The translations under genes and the position numbers were made by a program. 64,000 nucleotides of DNA from positions 4,544,001 through 4,608,000 of the forward strand of contig OZ241986.1 of NCBI GenBank assembly GCA_965204375.1, in the 5' to 3' direction. The notes beneath the pieces were generated by a model. It ran no database searches. It was not told where the DNA came from and was given only the letters and a program-made list of their open reading frames with translations. The stretch comes from Candidatus Latescibacterota bacterium (GTDB lineage Bacteria; Latescibacterota; UBA2968). This document shows positions 49,569 through 59,528 of this stretch, piece by piece; within the stretch, counting starts at the first letter, position 1, and every line of letters begins with the position of its first letter.

Positions 49569-50024
49569 TTGCAATATATGGCTCAATTTGTTGACCGAGT
49601 GACTGACCTGCCACTAAATGAATCTGCCAAGGGCAATTTTCTTGCGGGTTTGTCTGTGTTGGGTGGGTTGGTGCATGATCGAGAAATGATTGCGAATCTT
49701 ATATCAAAGGAGGGGTTGATGGATCTCATCCGCGAATCATCATTTGCCCAATATCTGATTGAGCAAGAGATAGAGGAAAACAAAGAACAATGGCTCAAGC
49801 AAGGGATTGAACAGGGCATTGAACAGGGCATTGAGCAAGGGGAGAGAAAAAGCACGCTCGCAGGCCTCCTCGACGTGTTGGAGATTCGCTTTGGTCTGAG
49901 CGAAGCGCATCCCCTATCTGACCGCATTGCCGATATTGACGACTTGCAACGTCTCAAGCAGTTGCTTCGTGCAGCAATTCAGGCCACCAGTCTTGAAGCA
50001 TTTGAGCAAGCGTTGGATGCGTGA
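49569..50024 (+). pseudogene. C-terminal part of an Rpn/PD-(D/E)XK transposase-like protein; intact internal ORF 49719-50024
   Basis: QGIEQGIEQGIEQGERK repeats, LEIRFG, I.DL..L..LLRAA; strong RBS AAAGGAGG before MDLIRESS; no N-terminal nuclease domain. Confidence 0.7.
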
Positions 50025-50071
50025 CGCGATTTCCCAACCACAGACAGCCAACATCCCCAACTCGGATTCGC

Positions 50072-50111
50072 TAAAAAAAACCGCTCGCCATAACTTCAGG
50101 GAGCGGTTTTT
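50072..50111. terminator. Bidirectional terminator
   Basis: AAAAAAAACCGCTC...GAGCGGTTTTT. Confidence 0.65.
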
Positions 50112-50383
50112 CGATTGGGTCAAGTCCTGTTTTTAGTTGAAATAATCGAGGCGTGTGGTTTCAATCAGCAGCAATCGCGTCTTGGCTGTCAACTCATTTA
50201 CTATCTTCAGTTTCTAACAGTATCTTGTCTAACTCCTCAACTATCCCTTCTGAGACAGATTGTATAGCATTGCTATATTTATTAGCAGAACCAGGTGGAT
50301 GTTGATTATCAATTAACCCTATGAACATTTCCTCTATAAGCCCATAACCAGTTAGATCCAAAAAATATATCCCCACCACCCCT

Positions 50384-50617
50384 TGTCTGAATCAGGATGA
50401 GCAAGATTTTCAGGATTTTCAGGATACCACCCACATCAACTCATCCCCGAAAAACCCATCCCACACGCCATCCAACCTTTCCTCTTTTGCCGTGCAAAAA
50501 GCATCCCGCCTCGAACTTGCCAAAGCCCTAATTTAGCACACTGCCTTCATCCTGTTCATCCTCTCATCACTGGATAGAACCACTCCAGTGCAGGCTCTGA
50601 AAATCCTGATTCAGACA
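50384..50617. repeat. MITE-like non-coding element with 15-bp terminal inverted repeats
   Basis: TGTCTGAATCAGGAT (50384-50398) ... ATCCTGATTCAGACA (50603-50617); internal CAGGATTTT repeats. Confidence 0.65.
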
Positions 50618-50644
50618 GTTTTCATACTCCTCGCCTCTAACACC

Positions 50645-52819
50645 TCAAAACCGCACAGTCACCCCTCTAGCCCGAAGGGCTGGAATGTGCGTGTTGCGTG
50701 ATGTGGTGCTCAGCGCGTTTTCCCGCACATCAACCTCATCGCCTCTACCCAATCCCGTGTTTGCCACCAGCGGTGCGAGATCCGAGATATTGTTTCCGCC
50801 AAGAGACAGGCGTGTCAGGTTGGTCAGACTGGTAAGGGGGGTAATATCTACGATCCTGTTGCTGGTAAGATTCAGCTCTGTCAGATTGGTCGCATGCTCC
50901 AGTCCCGTCAAATCGCTAATATCCTTGTTTGATGCGTTAAAAGTCCTCAATGTGGCCATCTCTGAAGAAGTGATTGACGGAACGATGCCTTTCTTGCCGA
51001 GACTATGGCCGATTGCTAAATTCAGCTTATGATCCGGAATGGTCAAGATTGGTTCACCGCCAGAGCCAAATTGTATTTCTGCCTTGTAAATATCTTGATT
51101 AGAATTGAAGGCGATAAAACGACCATCGGGAGACCAGGCGGGAGAACCGTCGCTTCTTTCAGGGAGGTTAACGCGGGTCAGATTGTTCCCATCTGATCCC
51201 ACTATGTAAATATCTGTCGAGGATTTATCTTCGGGGCTATCTCGATTAGAAGTGAAGGCGATAAAACGACCATCGGGAGACCAAGCGGGATCAGCGTCGC
51301 GGGCAGGGGAGGGGGGGACAAGGGGGATCAGGTTATTCCCATCGGAATCCATCACATAAGTATTCTTGTTGGGGCCAGGGGCGTCGAACCAGCTATCGAA
51401 GGCGATAAAACGACTATCAGGAGACCAGAGGGCATAAACGCCACTGCCGGGATTTGTTTCGGTTAAAAAACCGGTCTCATTGCGCCCATCTGAATCCATC
51501 CTCTGAATTTGGAAATCCCATCCGTCGTGGCCTGTGAAGGCGATAAAACGACCATCGGGAGAATAGGCGGGCCACCCGCCACCTTTGCGCAATAAAGTTA
51601 CGTTGCTCCCATCGGAATCCATCCTGTAAATCCCAGCGGGATCGCGCTGAGAGGTGAAGAGGATAAAACGACCATCGGGAGACCACGAGGGATCCCCGTC
51701 ACTGTCGGGTTTTAAGGTCAACTGGATCCGGTTGCTCCCATCCGAATCTATCCTGTAAATATCCTGGTTGTTGCCGATGCTGAGGATATAGGCGATAAAA
51801 CGGCCATCGGGAGAATAGGCAGGCTGTAGGCCACCGCCGACATAGCCGCCAGTTAAGTGGATCAGGTTGGCCCCATCCGAATCCATCTTGTAAAGTCCTC
51901 CTCCTCCGGGCCCGGCCCAATTTTGGAAGAGGATAAAACGGCCATCAGGGGACCAAATGGGATTAGTAGGCCACCCCAACGAATCAGAAGTCAATTTGGT
52001 TATTCCGATTACCGACACGCCACCATTAGAACTGCCACTATCAGAACCGTCACCACCGGTACCACCACCAGAACCGCTATTAGGCGGAGGTTGAGATCCA
52101 CATGGCGTGCCATACACATCCACAAAGGCCAGAAAATCGGCTATATCAACGCTCCCATTACTGTCCAAATCCATCTGAGCATTGTAATTGGCATCCGATG
52201 AACTGCTGCCATACACATCTACAAAGGATAGAAAATCGGCTATATCAACCTTCTCATTGCCATCAAAATCACCAGGACACGTTGACGCTGACGGGGCAGT
52301 AAAGGTGATCACTGCATTGGACACATCCAACTGGTCAACATCACGCCCGCTGGTCAGGGACATGCTTTTCACAATCAGCGTCGCACCGTCTTCAAGCGGT
52401 CGCGTCACCTGTAAGTCAACCTGACCCAAATATCCCGTCGAAGGTATAGTCGCACCCGTAACGAACAATGCGGATAGCTCTTTAGAACCCCTGCTGACCA
52501 GCGCGGCCCCGGTCCAGTCTCGACCCGATACAGTCCCGACAGAACTGGAGAAGGTCTTGCCCGGCAGGTCGAGTTCCAGCGCATAACCATTGGTTGTCTG
52601 TCCTGCACCGGCAGGCACAAAAAGCTGAAATCGAATGGTATCACCCGCCTGTTGTTCGGGCAGGGTTTGCGCGTTGTTGTTTTGTGCGGGACTTTCGATT
52701 TGCGTATCTACCTGAAGTTCTGCGCCTGAAAACGCACCCAAAAAGTGTTGGGCAAACGCTGGAATGCAGATGAAAAGTGCGATGGTGATGATGGCGAAAA
52801 GCGCGATGCGTTTACACAT
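50645..52819 (-). CDS. Secreted mosaic protein: cohesin-like domain, EF-hand/dockerin pair, TolB/PD40 beta-propeller, internalin-type LRR
   Basis: Signal peptide; GDFDGNEKVDIADFL and DLDSNGSVDIADFL; about seven (W/Y)SPD(G/S)RFI repeats; ISDLTGLEHATNLTELNL LRR. Confidence 0.85.
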   Translation of the reverse strand: MCKRIALFAIITIALFICIPAFAQHFLGAFSGAELQVDTQIESPAQNNNAQTLPEQQAGDTIRFQLFVPAGAGQTTNGYALELDLPGKTFSSSVGTVSGRDWTGAALVSRGSKELSALFVTGATIPSTGYLGQVDLQVTRPLEDGATLIVKSMSLTSGRDVDQLDVSNAVITFTAPSASTCPGDFDGNEKVDIADFLSFVDVYGSSSSDANYNAQMDLDSNGSVDIADFLAFVDVYGTPCGSQPPPNSGSGGGTGGDGSDSGSSNGGVSVIGITKLTSDSLGWPTNPIWSPDGRFILFQNWAGPGGGGLYKMDSDGANLIHLTGGYVGGGLQPAYSPDGRFIAYILSIGNNQDIYRIDSDGSNRIQLTLKPDSDGDPSWSPDGRFILFTSQRDPAGIYRMDSDGSNVTLLRKGGGWPAYSPDGRFIAFTGHDGWDFQIQRMDSDGRNETGFLTETNPGSGVYALWSPDSRFIAFDSWFDAPGPNKNTYVMDSDGNNLIPLVPPSPARDADPAWSPDGRFIAFTSNRDSPEDKSSTDIYIVGSDGNNLTRVNLPERSDGSPAWSPDGRFIAFNSNQDIYKAEIQFGSGGEPILTIPDHKLNLAIGHSLGKKGIVPSITSSEMATLRTFNASNKDISDLTGLEHATNLTELNLTSNRIVDITPLTSLTNLTRLSLGGNNISDLAPLVANTGLGRGDEVDVRENALSTTSRNTHIPALRARGVTVRF

Positions 52820-53329
52820 GATGTTCTCCTGATTGTGAAATGAACCAAAAGCGGACAGACTAACCACTAATCACTAATCACTATCTTTCAGGAGGATCAC
52901 GGGATGTGCGGAAATGCGGCGATGCGAAATGAACACCGGCAGGCTGTTTTAGCAGATGGGACGCCTTCAGCACAGAATGCCGAGGCGGTTGGTTAAAGAA
53001 AAATGGTGTGGGAGGATCGTGTGATGTGTGAGCGGAAGGAAAGCGCGAATGCGCGAAAGGCGGGGAAAGAGGAAGGTCAGGTAGTAGAAGTACTTCTACC
53101 CCCCCGAATATAAGTTTAAATAAATCAACTACTTGAGAGCTATTCGGGAAGGTCGCAGAACATTCCGGTGCGTTCATCCGGATACCGATAAACGGCCCTG
53201 CGCTGGCGCAGATGTCCGAAACAGTTTGATGGGAGGTCTTCATAAAATCCGCCAATAACAAGGATGAGAAAAATTTCAGAATAAATTAACCCCGCTAATT
53301 ACCTTGTCAAGGCTTTTTTATCATATCAC

Positions 53330-53366
53330 CGGTACAAATCTCAAGTTTAACTTGAAATATGTACCG
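53330..53366. promoter_or_regulatory. 37-bp palindrome, putative operator
   Basis: CGGTACAAATCTCAAGTT-T-AACTTGAAATATGTACCG, 16 of 18 pairs complementary. Confidence 0.6.
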
Positions 53367-53417
53367 ATTTGCTTATTTTACCCTTGAGTTGCATCAATGC
53401 GAACAGGGATCAGCACC

Positions 53418-54584
53418 GTGATAGTACGACAAATCGCCCAAGAATTGGCTGCGACAGCAAACGAATTTCCCGTGGTAACAATCATCGGTCCACGACAGGC
53501 GGGAAAAACCACATTGGCGCGCATGCAATTTCCCAACCACGCTTACGCGAACCTGGAAGCACCCGATATACGCACGCTTGCCATGAGCGATCCCCACGCC
53601 TTCTTCTCACAATTTCCCCCACCCGTTATCATCGACGAAATTCAGCGCGTCCCCGAACTGCTCTCAACCATCCAGGTCCTCGCTGACAGCAGCCATCAAC
53701 GCGGACAATATATACTCACAGGCAGTCATCAGTTGCGCCTTCAAGAAGCCGTTGCCCAATCCCTGGCCGGACGCACCGCCCTCTTGCGCCTGCTGCCCCT
53801 GTCGATATCAGAACTCAAAGCAACCGGCATCACACATACGCGCGACGAATTTATCTATCAAGGCTTCATGCCCCGGCTTTACAACGAAAAAATCAATCCG
53901 ACTCGCCTGTACCGAAATTACTGTCAAACCTGTATCGAGCGCGACATCAGACAAATGATCAACCTCAGAAGCCTGACAGATTTTGAGAACTTCACGCGCC
54001 TGCTGGCTGGACGCGTCGGTCAGATCTTGAATCTGAGTTCGCTATCTAACGATGTGGGTGTCTCGAGCACCACCCTGAAAGAATGGCTCTCCGTACTCGA
54101 AGCATCGCACACCATTTTCAGGTTGAATCCCTATTTTGAAAACTTTGGTAAACGCATCATCAAATCGCCAAAAATCTATTTTACCGATATCGGACTCGCG
54201 TCCTACTTGCTCGGCATTGAATCGCCCGCACTCGCTACCCGGGATCCACTAATCGGCAATCTCTTTGAAAACATGGTCGTCATCGAAGCCTTGAAAGCCA
54301 GACTCAACGCGGGAAAAGAGCCTGAACTCTACTTTTACCGCGACAACAAAGGCAACGAAGTAGATCTGTTGTTCAGGCAAAACAGACAGTTAATCCCCAT
54401 AGAAATCAAATCCGCCATGACATTTAATCCAGAATTTGCAAAAGGCATCGCGCAATTCCAGAAAATTGCATCCTCCGCGCAAAAAGGCCACATCATCTAC
54501 GCTGGCAATCTCACACCTGAACTGACCCATGCCAGCGTACTGCATTTTACCGACGTGGATCACATCTTTCAAGAAAAGATATGA
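53418..54584 (+). CDS. AAA_14 ATPase with DUF4143 domain
   Basis: GPRQAGKTT, IIDEIQRVP, LTGS, SLAGR, KSPKIYFTDIGL, EVDL...IEIK; start GTG 53418 or ATG 53397. Confidence 0.92.
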   Translation: MIVRQIAQELAATANEFPVVTIIGPRQAGKTTLARMQFPNHAYANLEAPDIRTLAMSDPHAFFSQFPPPVIIDEIQRVPELLSTIQVLADSSHQRGQYILTGSHQLRLQEAVAQSLAGRTALLRLLPLSISELKATGITHTRDEFIYQGFMPRLYNEKINPTRLYRNYCQTCIERDIRQMINLRSLTDFENFTRLLAGRVGQILNLSSLSNDVGVSSTTLKEWLSVLEASHTIFRLNPYFENFGKRIIKSPKIYFTDIGLASYLLGIESPALATRDPLIGNLFENMVVIEALKARLNAGKEPELYFYRDNKGNEVDLLFRQNRQLIPIEIKSAMTFNPEFAKGIAQFQKIASSAQKGHIIYAGNLTPELTHASVLHFTDVDHIFQEKI

Positions 54585-54670
54585 CCTGCTGAATCTGTTG
54601 TTCCTTCCAAATAAGCGACTTATATTCACAAAATCCCGGTATTTTATTCACAAATAAGGAACGTTAGCCT

Positions 54671-56560
54671 ATGGAAAAAGATCCATTTGCCGATCTGACC
54701 TGGGAAGACCTTGAAGACTGGGCGGGGACTACAATCGTCAGCAGAGGGCGCACCTACCAGCGCAACAGTAGCGTTTCTGATTTGGGAATCACACCTGAAG
54801 GCACACTCATCGCCTATGTGCTGGGCAGCACGCGCTATGTCACGCAAGTGGCAATCCAGGATGGGGACTTGATCTCTGAATGTACCTGTCCTTACTGGAC
54901 AACTTGCAAACACGCGGTCGCCGTGGTATTGGAATACCTGATGTGTTTGAAGAACGACGTTGCAGTACCACAAATCCCACCAACAGACCCCCGTCTGGAC
55001 AGGCTGCGAGAAACAGAGACACCCGGAGGAGAATACTGGGACCCCGAACTGGAACAGCAGAACACCGGCTCCCTTTTGGCCTACCTCGAAAAACAAACCA
55101 AAGCACAACTCGTAGAACTGTTCGACGAACTCACCAGAGCCTTTCCCGATGTACGAGAATTTCTGGAGGATCGCCGAAATGTTCGCAGCGGCAACGCCAG
55201 CACGCTACTCAAAGCGATCAGAAAGGAAATTGCGGACATAAGAGAAGAACCCGATTGGGATGAATATGAGCGGGAATATCAGCCTATGAGCTTCAACCGC
55301 CTGAAAACATATCTTCAGGCACTCCTTATAGCCGGCCATGCCGACGAGGCCATTCCCCTGGGCAAAGAATTGATCAATGCCGTCAATTTCGCGCTTGACA
55401 ACTACGATATCGAAGGAGACATAATCGACGAAGTCCCAGCCTGCATGGAAATTGTGATTCAAGCTCTGCCGGCGTCATCCCTATCTTCGTCCGAACAACT
55501 AATCTGGGCGGTAGATATAGAACTGGCAGACAGCTACGAATTTTGTTATGAAGTCCTGGAAAATATTTGGAATAATGCAAATAAAAAATCCGACTGGCGC
55601 GAACTGGCCGACGAATTGCAGAAACGCCTTGCTGTCAAACAGACAGACAAGTACCTCCGAAACCAGTTGACCGGATGGCTCATCGCTGCACTTGAGCAAA
55701 CCGGACGCGAGGATGAAATCATCCCTCTGCGTGAACGAGAGGCTGAAATCACCGGCGACTATATACAACTGATAGACCTCCTGATTGAGGAAAAACACTA
55801 TGAAGACGCCGAAAACTGGTGCCAGAAAGCCATTGCAAACACAGATCCCAACCATCTGGGCAATATCTCAGATATTGAGGACCGGCTACGTACCATCCGG
55901 GAAAAAACTGGTGACCATCTGAGTGCTGCGACCTTTTATGCGGAGGACTTTTTCTCGAATCCTTCGCTACACACCTTTCAAGAATTGTGCAAATCTGCAC
56001 AAAAGGCCAAAGTGGGACCAGCAGTCGAAGCCTGGGCGCGCTATTTTCTGGAAACAGGACACTTGCCTCGAACAAAAGGCAGAAAGCGAAAAGGGGAACC
56101 CAATGACAAATGGCCTTTACCAAAGACGGAATTTGAAAAAGACATTGACGCTTCAGAAGGCCCCCTGATCCATCTCCTGATCGAACTTGCCATCGCAGAG
56201 AAAAAACCAACAGAGGTTTTGAAGTGGTACGATATAAAACCATCCACAACAAACTACACATGGGGCTACATGTACAAACCATCGCTCGAAGTAGCCCACG
56301 CCATCAAAGAAAAATATCCAGACCGTGCCATAGCGATCTGGAAAGAACAGGCCGAATCTGCGATCAGCCGGGTTGAAGTTTCCGGTTATCGAGAGGCCAG
56401 CACCTTTCTCCGCGAAGTGCGAGACACATTAAAGCGTCTCAACAGAGAAAAAGAATGGGAAGCGTATTTGAGCGAGTTGAGAGACCAAAACAAAAGAAGA
56501 CCGCGTTGCCTCGAAGTCCTGGATGGTTTGGCAGGCAAGCGCATCATCGATAGGGAATAG
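54671..56560 (+). CDS. SWIM zinc-finger protein with helical repeats
   Basis: RGRTY, CTCP...CKHAVAV (CxC...CxH). Confidence 0.85.
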   Translation: MEKDPFADLTWEDLEDWAGTTIVSRGRTYQRNSSVSDLGITPEGTLIAYVLGSTRYVTQVAIQDGDLISECTCPYWTTCKHAVAVVLEYLMCLKNDVAVPQIPPTDPRLDRLRETETPGGEYWDPELEQQNTGSLLAYLEKQTKAQLVELFDELTRAFPDVREFLEDRRNVRSGNASTLLKAIRKEIADIREEPDWDEYEREYQPMSFNRLKTYLQALLIAGHADEAIPLGKELINAVNFALDNYDIEGDIIDEVPACMEIVIQALPASSLSSSEQLIWAVDIELADSYEFCYEVLENIWNNANKKSDWRELADELQKRLAVKQTDKYLRNQLTGWLIAALEQTGREDEIIPLREREAEITGDYIQLIDLLIEEKHYEDAENWCQKAIANTDPNHLGNISDIEDRLRTIREKTGDHLSAATFYAEDFFSNPSLHTFQELCKSAQKAKVGPAVEAWARYFLETGHLPRTKGRKRKGEPNDKWPLPKTEFEKDIDASEGPLIHLLIELAIAEKKPTEVLKWYDIKPSTTNYTWGYMYKPSLEVAHAIKEKYPDRAIAIWKEQAESAISRVEVSGYREASTFLREVRDTLKRLNREKEWEAYLSELRDQNKRRPRCLEVLDGLAGKRIIDRE

Positions 56561-56577
56561 ATTATATCGGAGCCGCC

Positions 56578-57315
56578 TTATTCGACTGCAAACAGCCGGT
56601 TGCGCGCGGGCAGGCTGACAATCTTCGAGAAATGGTAAATCTGCAAATCGGGATGGTCGGGATCGACCGTGGTGGGCACTTCGATCACGAAATCGGCGAA
56701 ATGAGGGACATTAAAAGCCACGAAAGCCAGCATCAGACAATCGACGAGCCGCTCGGGACGCACCGAAAGATCCGGAAAGGCGACCGGACCAGTATCGACC
56801 TGGTAGCGGTCGTCGTCACGGCGGGTATTCATCGTCTTAACCGGACATTCAATCAGTGCCCGGAGCTTGGTCTCGTCGTTGCGGATCTCGGTCTGCGAGA
56901 CCAGCGGCGCAAAGCGATACGTCTCCTCGCGAATCGCCGCATTCGTCGGCAACTCGCGAATCGTCGCGCCTTCGACGAGATGCAGATCGTAACCGCCGAA
57001 CATCTCCGTGTACGAACGCGTTTCCCGGTACCGGTCACTGAGATAGGCATGGCGCCTGAAGATAAGACCGTACCCGGCACTGAAGATCGGCAGGAAATCG
57101 TAGTTGTCCTGTATAAACAGATCCTGCGCGTGAAAGGTATTCTCGCTCTTGCAGGAGGCTGTCTGGTAGAAATCCTCACAGATCCCTCGCCTGTCATCGA
57201 TAACGCGGGTGCGCGACTCGATCCAGAAGCGCGCCTCATTGGCGTGCCCCTTCCCGGTCAGGAACGAACGCCCGTAATCCAGCGGGGCCATCTCGATTTG
57301 CATATCTTCACTCAC
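56578..57315 (-). CDS. Hypothetical protein
   Basis: GTG overlapping SulP stop (alternative ATG 57303); long GC-rich ORF; no recognised motif. Confidence 0.65.
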   Translation of the reverse strand: MSEDMQIEMAPLDYGRSFLTGKGHANEARFWIESRTRVIDDRRGICEDFYQTASCKSENTFHAQDLFIQDNYDFLPIFSAGYGLIFRRHAYLSDRYRETRSYTEMFGGYDLHLVEGATIRELPTNAAIREETYRFAPLVSQTEIRNDETKLRALIECPVKTMNTRRDDDRYQVDTGPVAFPDLSVRPERLVDCLMLAFVAFNVPHFADFVIEVPTTVDPDHPDLQIYHFSKIVSLPARNRLFAVE

Positions 57316-59513
57316 TGGTCTTCCTCCGTTCTCTGTTCTACCTGGAGACGCCCGCCGAGGAGGTATCGATACAGCTTGAGGGCAAGCCCCTCCTCGTTCT
57401 TCTCCAGCCAGCCGCGGGTGACCGACGTCAGCACCATCGTTCGGCAGGATTTGTCCGCAACCACAGAAGTCTGGTCTGGCGCGTCCTCCGGCCATATCGC
57501 ATCGCCAGGACCGAACTGAAACAGGCGCGTACCTGCGGCGTCGTAGCCGGAAGCCCGGCCCGAAAGCAGCAGTTGCAGATCTTCCTGGGGCGCACCCGGT
57601 CCTGCGATAGTCTCGCCAGCGGAGTACTCGTGAGGATTCAGATAGCGTTGAAGTTCCTCTATCAAATCCTCGAAATCAATCTGCCGCTCCAGATACCGCT
57701 CGAGGTCATCGGCGGCGTGATCCAGCAGCGAGGCACGCCGCTCGTCTGCCATATCCACATCCGTATTCCACACCTCAATAACAATATCCTCGCAGCGCTC
57801 GAGAGCGCCATCCACATTCTGCTCCACCTGCAACTCATCATATACAGAAGGCGGAAGATTGTGCTCAATCCCGGCCCTCAAACCCCCGGACAATCCGCTC
57901 AGAACGACCCGCACCCTGGCCGCGTTTGCCGTCTGCAAAAACCTGCACAGAACGTTCACCGCCGAAAAGTCAAAACCGGAGACAGCGCCGAAGTCCAGTA
58001 TCAAGCAAGTGGGACGCGAAGCACCGCTCAGGGACTGCCTGAGATGATCGGCCAGAGGGCACACGCTGCCAAAAAAGATGTAGCCGCGCAGCCGGTATGC
58101 ATGAACCCGCTCTCCCTCCTCCAGCAAGATGGCGCGATCGGGGACAGGACGTGCTCTGTTGCTCGCGCGCTCTCGTGCGGTAAACCGCGATTCAATCAGA
58201 TCCACGCGGCTGAGGCGCACGGTGAAAAACATTAGGGTAGCGAGCATCCCGACAGCCACGCCCTCGATTAGTCCGAAGGACATAATCGTAAAAAATATCA
58301 ACATAATAATGCCGTACTCCGACCAGGGAAGCCGCTTACAGCTTGCCACGAGACCCTGGTCCAGCAGGCCAAGACCAGTAAAGATCAGGATTCCGCCTAC
58401 GAGTGGTGCCGGGACGAATTCCAGCATCCCGTCGCCCAGGAACAACGCGCCCCCGATGACCAGAGCAGCGACCAGTCCCGTCAACCTCGTTGAGGCCCCC
58501 AGCAACTTGCTGCGCAGGGACGCTGGCACAACAATGGTCGCCACCGTACCGCCACCCAGCCCGGCGACCACACTCGCAACCCCTGTCACGCGGAACTCCC
58601 GGTCCCAGTCCAACTCCTGATTCGCAGCCAACTCAAGGCCGGCGAAATTCATGACCACACAGATGAAAGCAACCAGAACCAACGTCAGTATGTGGGGGGT
58701 CTGCGCGGCAATCGAGGCCCATTCCACCTGCAGCAGATCGGCGGGCAACAGAGCCGGCCACAGGCTTCCGTCCGCCGTGCTCGTAAGCAGCAAGCCCTCT
58801 GCCCGCGCCTCGTCGCCCGAAATGCCGAGACCGGCGAGTGCGAGATGGTACGCAGCTACGGCAAGTGCGACGCTCACCGACAGGATCAGCGGGCTGCCCC
58901 AGCGCTTCATCGCGAAGAACAGGGCAATCCCATACACCGCGCCCGGGCTCCACTTCCACAGAACGGGAGACTCAAAGAGTGCGGGAATCACCCACCATTT
59001 CAGTTCCGCCCCCATCAACGACATCGCCGCCAGACACACGGCACCCCCGATACCCGCCACAAATCCGCCTGCCACTGGATAGGGGATAAAGCGCATCAGG
59101 TTGGCGAGTCCAAAATGCCCGATCATGAGACAGCACACGCCGGTAACGACCGCGCTGATAATAAGCGCGATCGCCGCGGAAACGAACAGCGCATCCCCTT
59201 TGGCGTCTATCCAGGAGCCGATCAGAGCCATGACCAGCACCAGCGCGGGAGACAGCCCCGCAATCACCCCGCGAAAGCTACTCGCGAAAGCGAAGATCAG
59301 GCACGTCGCGAAATTCCCAAACAGCACCAGGCCAACGCCCTGAGAGGAATAGGAAGCCAGAGGTCCCGAGAATATGAAGCTCCCGAAGGCAACCTGAGCG
59401 ACGAGCAGACCCAGGCCCGAGGTAAAGCCGGCTGACAGTGCCGGAACAGCCTTCCCGGACCGGAGATCGGCGCGAAGCTCAGAAGCAAGGTCTCGAAATA
59501 CGGATATCGCCAT
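57312..59513 (-). CDS. SulP/SLC26 anion transporter with STAS and degenerate cNMP-binding domains
   Basis: LMRFIPYPVAGGF, many TM helices, LRGYIFFG...LILDFGAVSGFDFSA STAS motif. Confidence 0.88.
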   Translation of the reverse strand: MAISVFRDLASELRADLRSGKAVPALSAGFTSGLGLLVAQVAFGSFIFSGPLASYSSQGVGLVLFGNFATCLIFAFASSFRGVIAGLSPALVLVMALIGSWIDAKGDALFVSAAIALIISAVVTGVCCLMIGHFGLANLMRFIPYPVAGGFVAGIGGAVCLAAMSLMGAELKWWVIPALFESPVLWKWSPGAVYGIALFFAMKRWGSPLILSVSVALAVAAYHLALAGLGISGDEARAEGLLLTSTADGSLWPALLPADLLQVEWASIAAQTPHILTLVLVAFICVVMNFAGLELAANQELDWDREFRVTGVASVVAGLGGGTVATIVVPASLRSKLLGASTRLTGLVAALVIGGALFLGDGMLEFVPAPLVGGILIFTGLGLLDQGLVASCKRLPWSEYGIIMLIFFTIMSFGLIEGVAVGMLATLMFFTVRLSRVDLIESRFTARERASNRARPVPDRAILLEEGERVHAYRLRGYIFFGSVCPLADHLRQSLSGASRPTCLILDFGAVSGFDFSAVNVLCRFLQTANAARVRVVLSGLSGGLRAGIEHNLPPSVYDELQVEQNVDGALERCEDIVIEVWNTDVDMADERRASLLDHAADDLERYLERQIDFEDLIEELQRYLNPHEYSAGETIAGPGAPQEDLQLLLSGRASGYDAAGTRLFQFGPGDAIWPEDAPDQTSVVADKSCRTMVLTSVTRGWLEKNEEGLALKLYRYLLGGRLQVEQRTEEDQ

Positions 59514-59528
59514 TTCACACTTCCTACT

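Noticed and set aside
51100-51960. Regularly spaced repeats of about 25 bp (GCGATAAAACGACCATCGGGAGA) resembling a CRISPR array
   Set aside because: They are in-frame PD40 repeats (SPDGRFIAF) inside a CDS, the spacing exceeds 100 bp, and there are no cas genes.
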